Notes under the pieces: generated by a model
Told to the model about the DNA's origin: nothing
Database searches by the model: none
The model's input: the letters and a program-made list of their open reading frames with translations, nothing else
Position numbers and translations under genes: made by a program
Origin: a virus
Reading direction: 5' to 3' (one strand)
Length of the DNA: 20,823 bases
Virus record (IMG/VR): IMGVR_UViG_3300048599_000897
Location: 81,477 to 102,299 of that record
In this document: positions 1-8,429 of the stretch, piece by piece
Position numbering within the stretch: position 1 is the first letter of the stretch
Layout of the letters: each line of letters begins with the position of its first letter

Positions 1-2
1 GC

Positions 3-701
3 GAGCAATCCTTCTCCAACCAGGGCGACACCTACGGCATCCTGTTCTCGCTCACTCGCCAACTCATCATCAATGACGACCTGTCCGCGTTCCTCGACGT
101 GCCGCGCCGCTTGGGCATGGGTGCCGCCGACGCCATCATCGAGGCGATCTGGCCGCTGCTGCTGTCCAATCCCTCGAGCTTCTTTGCCGCCGGCAACAAC
201 AACTATCTCACCGGCGTGGATACGGCCCTCTCGGTGGATAGCCTGACGACCGCCTACACCGCGTTCCTGAATCAGACCAAGCCCAACGGTCGGCCGCTGG
301 GGTTGGAGCCGCGCATCCTGTTGGTGCCCTCGGCCTTGCGGGTGCAGGCCGATCTGCTGACCTCCAGCCGTCAGCTTATCGCCTCAATTGCCACCACCGG
401 CAGCAAGTCGACGCTGGTGCCGCAGGACAACCCGATGGCGGGCAAGTTCTCGGTGGTCTCCTCGGCGTATCTGGGTAACGCCTCGTTTACCGGCTACTCC
501 AGTAAGGCCTGGTATCTCCTGGCCGATCCCAACGTCCTGCCGGGCATCGAGGTCGCGTTCTTAAACGGCGTCGAGCAGCCCACGGTCGAACAGGCAGTGG
601 AGGACTTCGACACGCTGGGCATCAAATTCCGCGGGTACATCGACTTTGGCGTGGCGATGCAAGATCCCCGGGCCATGCTCAAGGTCAAAGGCGAGGCTTA
701 A
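3..701 (+). CDS. Major capsid protein, Mu gpT-like (C-terminal part; 5' end outside the window)
   Basis: The frame of ORF 99..701 is open back to position 3 (EQSFSNQGDTYGILFSLTRQLIINDDLSAFLDVPRRLG). TYG..F.LTRQ.IINDDL, P..LLVP..L, AWYLLADP, IEVAFLNG.EQP and RGYIDFGV are motifs typical of Mu-like major head subunits. Confidence 0.88.
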   Translation, partial: EQSFSNQGDTYGILFSLTRQLIINDDLSAFLDVPRRLGMGAADAIIEAIWPLLLSNPSSFFAAGNNNYLTGVDTALSVDSLTTAYTAFLNQTKPNGRPLGLEPRILLVPSALRVQADLLTSSRQLIASIATTGSKSTLVPQDNPMAGKFSVVSSAYLGNASFTGYSSKAWYLLADPNVLPGIEVAFLNGVEQPTVEQAVEDFDTLGIKFRGYIDFGVAMQDPRAMLKVKGEA

Positions 702-754
702 CCGCCTCCCCTCCCCAGTAGGTGTGATTTTCATCCCTCTCAAAGGAGCCTGTT

Positions 755-1087
755 ATGGGCGCAAAGTATCTCCAAGAAGGCAAATCCGTGGACTACACCC
801 CGGGCAGCGCCGTGACCGCTGGCGACGTGGTCGTCCAGGGCGACCTCGTCGGCGTGGCCAAACTCGACATCGCCGCCAATCGCCTCGGGGCGCTGGCGGT
901 CGAGGGCATCTTTGACTTCCCCAAATCCACGGCCGGCGGTAGCGCTATTGCCGTGGGCACCACGGTCTACTGGAACGCCGGGGCCAGCCAGGCGACGGCC
1001 ACGTCCTCGGGCAACAAGCTCATTGGCAAGACCGTCAAGGCGGCGGCGGACGCGGACGCAACCGTGCGCGTGCGTCTGTCGCAGTAA
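755..1087 (+). CDS. DUF2190-family capsid cement/decoration protein
   Basis: 110 aa, Ala/Gly/Val-rich, with the pattern Y.Q.G..VDYTP...V.AGDVVV.G.LVGVA..DI.A...GAL...G.F.FPK. It lies directly after the capsid gene and has an AAGGAG RBS upstream. Confidence 0.85.
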   Translation: MGAKYLQEGKSVDYTPGSAVTAGDVVVQGDLVGVAKLDIAANRLGALAVEGIFDFPKSTAGGSAIAVGTTVYWNAGASQATATSSGNKLIGKTVKAAADADATVRVRLSQ

Positions 1088-1099
1088 GGAGTTCTCCCT

Positions 1100-1510
1100 G
1101 TGGCGGACCTGCTCGAAAATTCTTCGGTCTGGTTGGAAGCCCAGCGCAAGCGGCACCTGACGCGGATGGTGGTCTACCAGCGCGGCGTCGCCCCCTCCCC
1201 GCAAAGCGTGGAAGTAGCCGCCACGATCGGCGAGACGATCTTCCAGATTGATGATGGGGCCGGGGCGCTGCTGCGGGTCGAGTCGCGCGACTACCTGATC
1301 ACGGCGGCGGACCTGGTCCTGGGCGGGACGTCCGTGCTTCCCCAGCGCGGTGACCAAATCCGGGAAACCGACGCCCTCACCGGCCAGATCTACGTGTACG
1401 CGGTCATGGCCCCGGGGGACGAACCGCACTGGCGCTGGAGCGATCCCTACCGGCGGACGCTGCGTGTGCATACCAAACACGTTGACCTGGAATCTGCGGA
1501 GGAAGCATGA
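1100..1510 (+). CDS. Putative head-tail joining (head closure/adaptor) protein
   Basis: GTG start after an AAGGAG RBS; 136 aa; P.RGD.I motif and beta-rich pattern seen in head-closure proteins; position after the cement gene. Confidence 0.6.
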   Translation: MADLLENSSVWLEAQRKRHLTRMVVYQRGVAPSPQSVEVAATIGETIFQIDDGAGALLRVESRDYLITAADLVLGGTSVLPQRGDQIRETDALTGQIYVYAVMAPGDEPHWRWSDPYRRTLRVHTKHVDLESAEEA

Positions 1511-1953
1511 GCCTGATTATCGACATCGCCGACGCCGTCGTCGCCGAACTGAACGCCGCCCCGGTTCCGCCCGCCACGGGCTTCGCCCAGACGTTCACCG
1601 CGACCCGGGCCTACCGGCCCCAGTTCGACCTGGCCGAGCTCAAGACGCTCAAGGTGACGGTCGTGCCCAAGGGGATCGAGATCATCAACATCACGCGGCA
1701 CAGCAACCAGAACGACGTGGCCGTGGACGTGGCGGTGCAGAAGAAGGTCAATCCGGCGGTGCCCGCGGAGATGGACACCCTGATGGCGCTGGTCGAGCAG
1801 ATCGGCGACTTCTTTCGCCTGCGGCGGCTGACGGCGTTCCCCACGGCGCTGTGGACCAAGACCGAGAACGTCCCGGTCTATTCGCCCGAGCATCTGGAGA
1901 CCAAGCAGGTCTTTACCAGCGTCCTGACGCTGACGTTTCGCGTGGTGAGGTAA
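1507..1953 (+). CDS. Putative tail terminator/tail completion protein
   Basis: ATGA overlap with the previous stop; 148 aa; N-terminal helix (IADAVVAELN) and C-terminal strand (FTSVLTLTF), as in lambda gpU-like terminators. The assignment is largely by size and position. Confidence 0.55.
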   Translation: MSLIIDIADAVVAELNAAPVPPATGFAQTFTATRAYRPQFDLAELKTLKVTVVPKGIEIINITRHSNQNDVAVDVAVQKKVNPAVPAEMDTLMALVEQIGDFFRLRRLTAFPTALWTKTENVPVYSPEHLETKQVFTSVLTLTFRVVR

Positions 1954-1956
1954 GCC

Positions 1957-2214
1957 ATGAACAACATCATCATGCTAAAGATCACGACTAATGGAAGCGC
2001 TCAACCCCTCTCGGCCACCAAACTCATCGCCTCGGTGACCATCTCTTGCCCCCCCAGTAACGTCTACCAGGCCTTTCTCAAGGTCGGCACGAGCGGGACG
2101 GAAGTGCCCTGGGTGCCCGGTGAATGGCACGAGTTTAAGAGTATCGACCTGAACATGGTGTATGTGCGCGGCTTTTCGCCGGACGTAATTACAGTGATTG
2201 GAGGGACCTGGTAA
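1957..2214 (+). CDS. Hypothetical small beta-rich virion-associated protein
   Basis: 85 aa ORF starting 3 nt after the previous stop, with a GAGG RBS and a TAATG overlap with the next gene. Confidence 0.7.
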   Translation: MNNIIMLKITTNGSAQPLSATKLIASVTISCPPSNVYQAFLKVGTSGTEVPWVPGEWHEFKSIDLNMVYVRGFSPDVITVIGGTW

Positions 2215-2534
2215 TGGGATTTGGCGGCAGCACTTTCAACGGCACACTTAATGTGGATCTGGTCCAGACGGACGTGCAGGCCATCGTCGATGGCATTGCC
2301 GGCGGCGATCATCGGACACTATCGGATATCGATAACCACCTGCAAACAATTGGCGGCTATCTTTGCCTTTTTGACGGCTATTCGTACACCTCGATTTCTG
2401 ATCAGCTCAACTCCCTGCGCAGTTCCATGGACTTGCTGATCTCCTGTTTGCGCTTTGACTACACGGGGCGCACGGCCTTCGATGTGCTGACGCGTATGGA
2501 AGAACTCCTCGACAGCATCAACAACAAACCGTAA
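2214..2534 (+). CDS. Hypothetical protein with short heptad/helical segments (possible fibre)
   Basis: 106 aa; TAATG coupling and GGAGG RBS; repeated T(L/I/A)(S/F)D(I/Q/V)..L helical segments. Confidence 0.65.
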   Translation: MGFGGSTFNGTLNVDLVQTDVQAIVDGIAGGDHRTLSDIDNHLQTIGGYLCLFDGYSYTSISDQLNSLRSSMDLLISCLRFDYTGRTAFDVLTRMEELLDSINNKP

Positions 2535-2545
2535 GGAGCACTGCG

Positions 2546-3052
2546 ATGGCAGAAGCCATGCCCACCATCGTGTCTTTTGATGAAGGGAGCGGCCCGATTC
2601 TGGCGGTCAAGGATACCGCGGGTCGCCTCATCACCGCCGAGCAAATCCAGCTTGGACGCCAACATCAAAAGGCCCAGTTCACCCAGGTCGCTACGCTGAA
2701 AGACCAGCTCACCGCTGGGGATAGCGCCACGGTGGAATTGGTGCTCGGGCAAATGCGTGATGAGATTCAGCGGCGGCTGACCCTCTTGGACCAGCAGCGC
2801 GGGGAATTGACCCGCACCTTGGAGAAGCTTGCCGCCCGCGAGGAAGAGACCGTCCGCAACGTGCTTTCCCAAATGGGCGAGCGGTTGCAGCGCCGCGTCT
2901 CGTTCATGCAGGGGTCCTTGGACCGTGCGGACGCAGTGCTGGCGCAGCTCAAGTCGGCCACACTGGGGGCCGTGCCCCTGGTCACCAAACCGTCCGCGCA
3001 GACGATCACCGCCGAGGCGCCGACGATCGTGCCGGGAGGAGTCACCGAGTAA
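2546..3052 (+). CDS. Hypothetical coiled-coil protein
   Basis: 168 aa; AAGGAG RBS; long Leu/Gln/Arg/Glu heptad region; TAATG overlap with the next gene. Confidence 0.7.
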   Translation: MAEAMPTIVSFDEGSGPILAVKDTAGRLITAEQIQLGRQHQKAQFTQVATLKDQLTAGDSATVELVLGQMRDEIQRRLTLLDQQRGELTRTLEKLAAREEETVRNVLSQMGERLQRRVSFMQGSLDRADAVLAQLKSATLGAVPLVTKPSAQTITAEAPTIVPGGVTE

Positions 3053-3444
3053 TGGCCGCCCACGTCAAAACCTCGTTCGACAGCAAGAAGCTCCGGGACG
3101 CGGCCCGAAAAGGCAGCATCACGAGCCTGGGCCATGCCGGGGCGGCGCTTCGCCTGCAGGCCCGCCATTCGATCCGCAAGGGCAAGAAGCCCTCCACCGC
3201 AGGCTCGCCGCCGCATACGCGCAAAGGGCGCTTGCGGAACGCCATCAAATATGCGGTGACGCCCGGCAAGCAATCCGTCGTCATCGGACCCGACTATGGC
3301 GTCGCGGCCGACTCGGGCATGGCCCACGAATTCGGCGGCAAATTCCGCCACGAGCAATATGACCGTCGCCCGTTCATGGGCCCGGCGCTGGAAAAAGTCC
3401 AAGACCGTCTGCCCAGCTTTTGGGCGGGCTCTGTAAAAGGATGA
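3052..3444 (+). CDS. HK97 gp10-like / virion morphogenesis (neck/tail completion) protein
   Basis: 130 aa, basic; S.AGSPPHTRKGRLRNAI, HEFGG and RRPFMGPAL motifs are typical of this family; lies directly before the tail tube gene. Confidence 0.8.
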   Translation: MAAHVKTSFDSKKLRDAARKGSITSLGHAGAALRLQARHSIRKGKKPSTAGSPPHTRKGRLRNAIKYAVTPGKQSVVIGPDYGVAADSGMAHEFGGKFRHEQYDRRPFMGPALEKVQDRLPSFWAGSVKG

Positions 3445-3448
3445 CACC

Positions 3449-3898
3449 ATGAGTGTGAAACTCGGCCTCGACGCCAAACTCTACTTCTGTGCCGCCGGCA
3501 TCGGAGGCACGCCCACCTGGACGGAACTGACCAACGTCAAGAACGTCACCTTGAACCTCCAAAAAGGCGAGGCGGACGTGACGACCCGGGCCAACAGTGG
3601 CTGGAAGGCCACGGCGGCGACCTTGAAGGAAGGCTCCATCGAATTCGAGATGGTCTGGGACACCGCGGATGCGGGATTCACCGCCATCAAGGACGCCTGG
3701 TTCAACAACACGCTCCTCGGCATGGCGGTGATGGACGGCGGCATCGCCGTCGTCGGCAGCCAGGGTCTGTGGGCGGACTGTGCCATCATCGACTTTACGC
3801 GCGACGAACCGCTGGAAGACGCCCTGAGCGTCAAGGTCACCGCCAAGCCGACTTATTCGGCCAATGCCCCCCAGTGGAAGACCGTCGCCGCCCCCTGA
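3449..3898 (+). CDS. Major tail (tube) protein
   Basis: 149 aa; W.EL.NVK.VTLNL...EADVTTR..SGWK......LKEGSIEFEM.WD pattern of siphophage tail tube proteins; lies upstream of the chaperone and tape measure genes. Confidence 0.82.
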   Translation: MSVKLGLDAKLYFCAAGIGGTPTWTELTNVKNVTLNLQKGEADVTTRANSGWKATAATLKEGSIEFEMVWDTADAGFTAIKDAWFNNTLLGMAVMDGGIAVVGSQGLWADCAIIDFTRDEPLEDALSVKVTAKPTYSANAPQWKTVAAP

Positions 3899-3943
3899 TC
3901 TCCCGAGTCCCTCCGACCACCCATTTTCGAATAGAGGTTTGGC

Positions 3944-4459
3944 ATGAAGACCTTCAGTGACAACGCCGCCCGCACCTGGACCGTGCAGATCAACGTCGAC
4001 GCCATCAAACGCGTCCGCGATTTGGCCAAGGTCAACCTGCTGGAGGTGATCGAAGGCAAGTTGCTGGAGCGGTTGATTTCCGATCCGGTGCTGCTGTGCG
4101 ACGTGATCTACAGCGTCTGCCAGCCCCAGGCGGATAGCCAAAGCCTCACCGATGTCGATTTTGGTCGGGCGATGGCCGGCGATGCCATCGACGGCGCGAC
4201 GACCGCGCTATTGGAGGAACTGGTCGATTTTTTCCCCCAAGGCAAGCGCCGGGTGCTTGCCAAGGCGCTGGTCAAACTCCGGAAACTCGAGACGGCGGCA
4301 CTGGCGGCGGTGGAGGCCCGACTGGAGAGCCAGGAGATGGAGCGGCGGATGGCGGCGCAACTGGCGGAACTGGCGCTCGAGCCGCCGATACCGCCTGGCA
4401 GCTTATCTGGCAATGTGCCGGCATCCTCGGGGGCCTCAATCCCGGCCCCTTCACCTTAA
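3944..4459 (+). CDS. Tail assembly chaperone (gpG-equivalent, zero-frame product)
   Basis: 171 aa helical protein between the tail tube and tape measure genes; contains the slippery heptamer at its D-F-F codons. Confidence 0.75.
   Translation: MKTFSDNAARTWTVQINVDAIKRVRDLAKVNLLEVIEGKLLERLISDPVLLCDVIYSVCQPQADSQSLTDVDFGRAMAGDAIDGATTALLEELVDFFPQGKRRVLAKALVKLRKLETAALAAVEARLESQEMERRMAAQLAELALEPPIPPGSLSGNVPASSGASIPAPSP
4213..4234 (+). promoter_or_regulatory. Predicted programmed -1 ribosomal frameshift signal (internal GGAGG plus T_TTT_TTC heptamer)
   Basis: T TTT TTC at 4228-4234 is in X_XXY_YYZ phase with the chaperone frame. GGAGG at 4213-4217 lies 10 nt upstream. The -1 frame has no stop from here to 4689. 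Confidence 0.72.
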
Positions 4460-4689
4460 GGCAGCTCGTGGATATGGCCCAGGCGTGCCAGTGCGAACGG
4501 TGGAACCACACGGCGGCGCTCCAGGCGATGCTGGCAAACGTGCACCGCGACCCCAAGAAGGGGCGGCTCTTTCGGCCCGCCGAGTTCCACCCCATGGTCA
4601 AAGCGCGAAATGCCCGAACGGGTCCGCCGCTGCAAGGGGATATTCAGATGCTCAAGACCCTCTTTGTGGATCGGAGACCCCATGAATAA
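4234..4689 (+). CDS. C-terminal (gpT-equivalent) segment of the frameshifted tail chaperone
   Basis: The frame of ORF 4468..4689 extends upstream without a stop: a Gly-rich linker, then AWQLIWQCAGILGGLNPGPFTLRQLVDMAQA..ERWNHTAAL.AMLANVHRDPKK..F.PAEFHP. The predicted fusion is 248 aa. Confidence 0.7.
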   Translation, partial: PPRQAPGACQGAGQTPETRDGGTGGGGGPTGEPGDGAADGGATGGTGARAADTAWQLIWQCAGILGGLNPGPFTLRQLVDMAQACQCERWNHTAALQAMLANVHRDPKKGRLFRPAEFHPMVKARNARTGPPLQGDIQMLKTLFVDRRPHE

Positions 4690-4783
4690 GCCGCAGCTTC
4701 TGGTCTTTCTGAAACTGGTAGGCACGCTGGGGGGCATCGTTCTGCTCTACCAATGCAGTGGCGTTCCCATGTTGGCGAGGTGA
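4682..4783 (+). CDS. Small hydrophobic peptide, 33 aa (MNKPQLLVFLKLVGTLGGIVLLYQCSGVPMLAR); not in the ORF track
   Basis: ATG at 4682 preceded by GGAG; overlaps the upstream stop by 8 nt; TGA at 4781-4783 ends 3 nt before the tape measure ATG, so it fills the gap exactly. Confidence 0.55.
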   Translation: MNKPQLLVFLKLVGTLGGIVLLYQCSGVPMLAR

Positions 4784-4786
4784 CCG

Positions 4787-6781
4787 ATGGCATCTGCACG
4801 TAATATCCGCGCTGGAGCCGCCTATATCGAGCTGTTCATCAATGATTCCAAGCTGGTCCGCGGCCTCCAGCGCGCTTCGCAAAAGCTCAAGGCGTTTGGC
4901 GAGGCCATCGCCGGGTGGGGAAAGAAGCTCATGGCCCTGGGGGGCATGATCACCGCGCCGTTGGTGGGGTTTGCCAAGATGTTTGCCGCCGGCAGCAAGG
5001 AACTGCAGACCATGAGCCAGCGGACGGGCATTTCGGTCGAGGCCTTGTCCGAGCTCAGTTATGCCACCCAGTTGTGCGGCGTGACGCTCGATGATTTCGA
5101 AGTCGCCATAAAACGGATGCAGAAGACGATTGTGGGGGCGGCGGAGGGTTCGGATACGGCGACGGAGGCCTTGGGGCAGTTGGGGCTCACGGTTGAGGAT
5201 CTGCGCGGGCTTTCGCCCGACCAGCAATTCAAACTCATCGCCGATCGCCTTTCTGGTATTCAAAGCCCGGCGCTGCGGGCGGCGCTGGCGATGCAGATCT
5301 TCGGACGCCAAGGCACGGCCTTGCTGCCGATGCTCCTGCAGGGGGCGGCGGGCATCGAAGCCATGCAGGAAGAGGCCCGCAAACTGGGACTCACCGCCTC
5401 CCGCGACGGCGTCGCCGCCGGCGTGGCCTTGGAAGAATCGCTCACCACGCTGTGGAAGGTGCTCAAAAAACTCGGCACCACGTTGGGCTCGGCCATTGCG
5501 CCGCTCCTGACGCGCTGGATCAACAGTACCATCGACATCGTGGTCAAGGGAATGGCGTGGATCAAACAGAACAAGGATTTGGTGCTCAGCGTTTTTAAGA
5601 TTGCGCTGGCGATCACCGCCGGGGGCTTTGCCCTGCTGCTTCTGGGCAAGGCGATTATCGCGGTCGGTGCGATCATGGGCACGCTGGCGGCCATTATCAG
5701 CGGCGTGGGCACGGCCCTGGGGGTGATGGGATCGATTCTGGCGTGGCTGGTGACGCCCATTGGCTTGGTCACCGTCGCGATAGCAGCCTTGGGCGCATAC
5801 CTGATCTATGCGTCGGGGGCGGGCGGGCAGGCGCTGGCGTGGTTGGGGGATCGGTTCAAGGACCTCTCCGACTTCGCGTCGGCATCGTTCCAAGGCATCT
5901 CCGATGCCCTCATGGCCGGGGATATTGCCTTGGCGGCAAAGATCCTGTGGTTGTCGCTGAAAATCGCCTGGCAAACGGGCGTGCTGCAACTGACCAAACT
6001 GTGGGAGTGGCTCAAAACCGGCAGCTTAAAAATAGTCTATGACCTGTGGTACGGGGCGCAGGCGGCGTGGGAGATCGGCGTGGATTCCGTCTCCAAGGTC
6101 ATGCTCCAACTTTACTACTTCATGCAGAGCACCTGGGAGAGTATGGCCACCGGCGTCATGGACGTGTGGGATACCACCGTCAATTGGGTCGCCAAACGCC
6201 TCATCGACCTCCAGGGGCTGGTGGACGATTCGATTGATACCGAGGCGGTCAAAAAGGGTCTCGACGAAGATCTGCAGGCCACCATCACCACGCGGAACCA
6301 GGAGAAGGACGCCAACCTCCAGGCCCTAGACGCCCAACGCGACGCGGCATTGAAGATGGCCGAGGAAGAACACGACGCCAAAATGGCGGAAATCGGCCAG
6401 GCGTCGTTTGAGAAAGAAAACCAGCTCGACAGCGACGCCCAGCAGAAGATCGCGCAGTCGCAGAAAGAACTCGATCAGGCCAAGGCCGAATGGCAGCAGG
6501 CCATCGCCGAAGCCAAGAAGAAACGCGAATTGCACGATAGCCAGGGACTGGATCGCCTCCAGCCTCCCCCGAGCCTGCCGGACATGCTCGAGGGATTGGG
6601 ACCCACGATCCAGGAGACGAAGAAGACCATTGGCGTAGCCGGAACGTTTAACGCCATGGAGGCCAAGGGCCTGGGGGGTGGCGGCGTCACCGATCGCATC
6701 GCCAAGGCGTCGGAAGACACCGCCCGCAACACCAAGCAGATGCTCCAGGAAATCCAGTTGGGCGGCGGAGAATTCGAGTAA
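4787..6781 (+). CDS. Tail tape measure protein
   Basis: 664 aa, Ala/Gly/Leu-rich and helical; N-terminal IRAG.AYIEL, RTG.SVEALSEL.YA and AMQIFGRQG..LLPML motifs; central hydrophobic stretch; periodic Trp; charged coiled-coil C-terminus. Confidence 0.92.
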   Translation: MASARNIRAGAAYIELFINDSKLVRGLQRASQKLKAFGEAIAGWGKKLMALGGMITAPLVGFAKMFAAGSKELQTMSQRTGISVEALSELSYATQLCGVTLDDFEVAIKRMQKTIVGAAEGSDTATEALGQLGLTVEDLRGLSPDQQFKLIADRLSGIQSPALRAALAMQIFGRQGTALLPMLLQGAAGIEAMQEEARKLGLTASRDGVAAGVALEESLTTLWKVLKKLGTTLGSAIAPLLTRWINSTIDIVVKGMAWIKQNKDLVLSVFKIALAITAGGFALLLLGKAIIAVGAIMGTLAAIISGVGTALGVMGSILAWLVTPIGLVTVAIAALGAYLIYASGAGGQALAWLGDRFKDLSDFASASFQGISDALMAGDIALAAKILWLSLKIAWQTGVLQLTKLWEWLKTGSLKIVYDLWYGAQAAWEIGVDSVSKVMLQLYYFMQSTWESMATGVMDVWDTTVNWVAKRLIDLQGLVDDSIDTEAVKKGLDEDLQATITTRNQEKDANLQALDAQRDAALKMAEEEHDAKMAEIGQASFEKENQLDSDAQQKIAQSQKELDQAKAEWQQAIAEAKKKRELHDSQGLDRLQPPPSLPDMLEGLGPTIQETKKTIGVAGTFNAMEAKGLGGGGVTDRIAKASEDTARNTKQMLQEIQLGGGEFE

Positions 6782-6796
6782 GGAGGGCCCACACCC

Positions 6797-7600
6797 GTGG
6801 CCACAGTGATTGAAAAGTTCGCCAGCCGCCCCTCCACCGTGGGCGATGGAGCCCAGGTCGACCTGGCCTACATCATCTCCGATACGGACGATGATCTGGC
6901 CGTCAAGGCGGCGCTGCTGGCGGGCTCCCCGACTGTTTATGACGGTCTCGTGCGCCAGAGCGCCCACATTGAGCCCATCGGCCCGGGGTTGTGGGAGGGC
7001 ACCGTCCGCTATGCCCCCTTCGTCTATCAGCCGCCACAGACCGGGGAGTCGAGCTTTACCTTCGACACCGGCGGGGGCACGCAGCACATCACCCAGTCCC
7101 TCCAGACAGTCGGCAAATATCCCGCCGCCTCCGCCCCCGACTTCGCTGGCGCTATCGGCGTCACCCATGACAACGTCGAAGGCGTCGACATCACCATTCC
7201 TGTCTATCAATTCTCCGAAACCCATTATCTCGCCCCCACATTGGTGACGCCGGCGTATCAGGGGACGCTCTTTGCCCTCACCGGCAAGGTCAATAACGCG
7301 CCCTTCCGCGCCTGCGATACGGGCGAGTGCCTGTTCCTGGGGGCCTCCGGTTCGCGCCGGGGCACCAGTTTGGATGCCGATTGGGAGATCACCTTTCGCT
7401 TTGCCGGTAGTCCCAACGTCACCGGTCTGACCATCGGCACCATCACCGGCATCAACAAGAAGGGGTGGGAATACATGTGGGTGCGCTATGCCGATTCCGA
7501 AGATGCCACCGCTAAGGTGCTCGTGAAGAAGCCCGTCGCCATCTACATCGAGAAGGTCTACGAGTTGGGGAACTTCTCCCTTCTGGGCATCGGCACGTAA
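6797..7600 (+). CDS. Putative distal tail/hub protein
   Basis: 267 aa beta-rich ORF with a GTG start and AGGAGG RBS, directly after the tape measure gene. Function is inferred from position only. Confidence 0.5.
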   Translation: MATVIEKFASRPSTVGDGAQVDLAYIISDTDDDLAVKAALLAGSPTVYDGLVRQSAHIEPIGPGLWEGTVRYAPFVYQPPQTGESSFTFDTGGGTQHITQSLQTVGKYPAASAPDFAGAIGVTHDNVEGVDITIPVYQFSETHYLAPTLVTPAYQGTLFALTGKVNNAPFRACDTGECLFLGASGSRRGTSLDADWEITFRFAGSPNVTGLTIGTITGINKKGWEYMWVRYADSEDATAKVLVKKPVAIYIEKVYELGNFSLLGIGT

Positions 7601-7610
7601 GGAGACTGTT

Positions 7611-8429
7611 GTGGGTGATGCGTTCCAGAAGGTCAAAGCGGGTGACAAGCTGCGGATGCCGGCGGCGGCGTACAACGCCTTCATTGACGCGGCGAAGGAC
7701 TTTCAGAATCGCCAGCGCAATACTGACGGCAGCGCCCAACCGGGTGCCGAGCCGAGCAGCACGGTCGTGCTGGTCAAGAACGACTCGGGGGCGGGGCTGG
7801 AACGTTACGCGGTCTTAGGCATCAGCGGCCCGATCTACACTCCCGACGACAACCTCGATTCCTTCAAGAACAAGCTGGCCTTCATCGGGGCGGTGCCCAC
7901 GACGGCCGGATACACCGGCAAATTCGCCGTCCTGCTCGAGCCCGCCGCCAATGGGACCATTGTCCGCGCTGTCGTCGCGGGCGTGGTGCCGGTCAAAGTG
8001 GACTTCGGCGACGCCGCTCACGGCTTTGCCGACGTGAAGAACTTGGATAGCACCAGCCTCAAGAGCAATGCCGCTGGTTCCGCCCAGATACTTTGGAAGC
8101 AGTCCGGCACCGGTGTGAAATGGGCGCTGGTGCGGCTCAATAACATCATGGCCGGGAACCTCGCCAATCCGGCCACGCTGGGCGGCAACACCGAAGGCTT
8201 GGAAACCCCCGCCTCCAATACCTGGACCCGAGATGGCACAACCGCCGGGAGCAACTATGCCGGGGTGCCGCTGGACCTCTGGGTCGTCTGCCGCGTGGTC
8301 TACAACGATGCCGGCGACAAGCGGATTTACAAGTACCTGCGAAAACTGTCCTTCGACACGTTGGGTAATTTGCGCGCTGTCAACGTCGAATCCCGGGTCG
8401 AAGTCGATGCCCCGGAGCTGTGTTCATGA
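7611..8429 (+). CDS. Putative tail tip/spike protein
   Basis: 272 aa; GTG start and AAGGAG RBS; Gly/Ala/Thr/Asn-rich beta character. Function is inferred from position. Confidence 0.45.
   Translation: MGDAFQKVKAGDKLRMPAAAYNAFIDAAKDFQNRQRNTDGSAQPGAEPSSTVVLVKNDSGAGLERYAVLGISGPIYTPDDNLDSFKNKLAFIGAVPTTAGYTGKFAVLLEPAANGTIVRAVVAGVVPVKVDFGDAAHGFADVKNLDSTSLKSNAAGSAQILWKQSGTGVKWALVRLNNIMAGNLANPATLGGNTEGLETPASNTWTRDGTTAGSNYAGVPLDLWVVCRVVYNDAGDKRIYKYLRKLSFDTLGNLRAVNVESRVEVDAPELCS

Noticed and set aside
755-1087. RecA/RadA recombinase label sometimes attached to DUF2190 proteins
   Set aside because: There is no P-loop, and the size and position fit a capsid cement protein.
4652-7684. Long minus-strand ORFs (445 aa and 452 aa) opposite the tail genes
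   Set aside because: They are antisense shadows in GC-rich coding DNA, and the plus-strand genes have clear phage motifs and RBSs.
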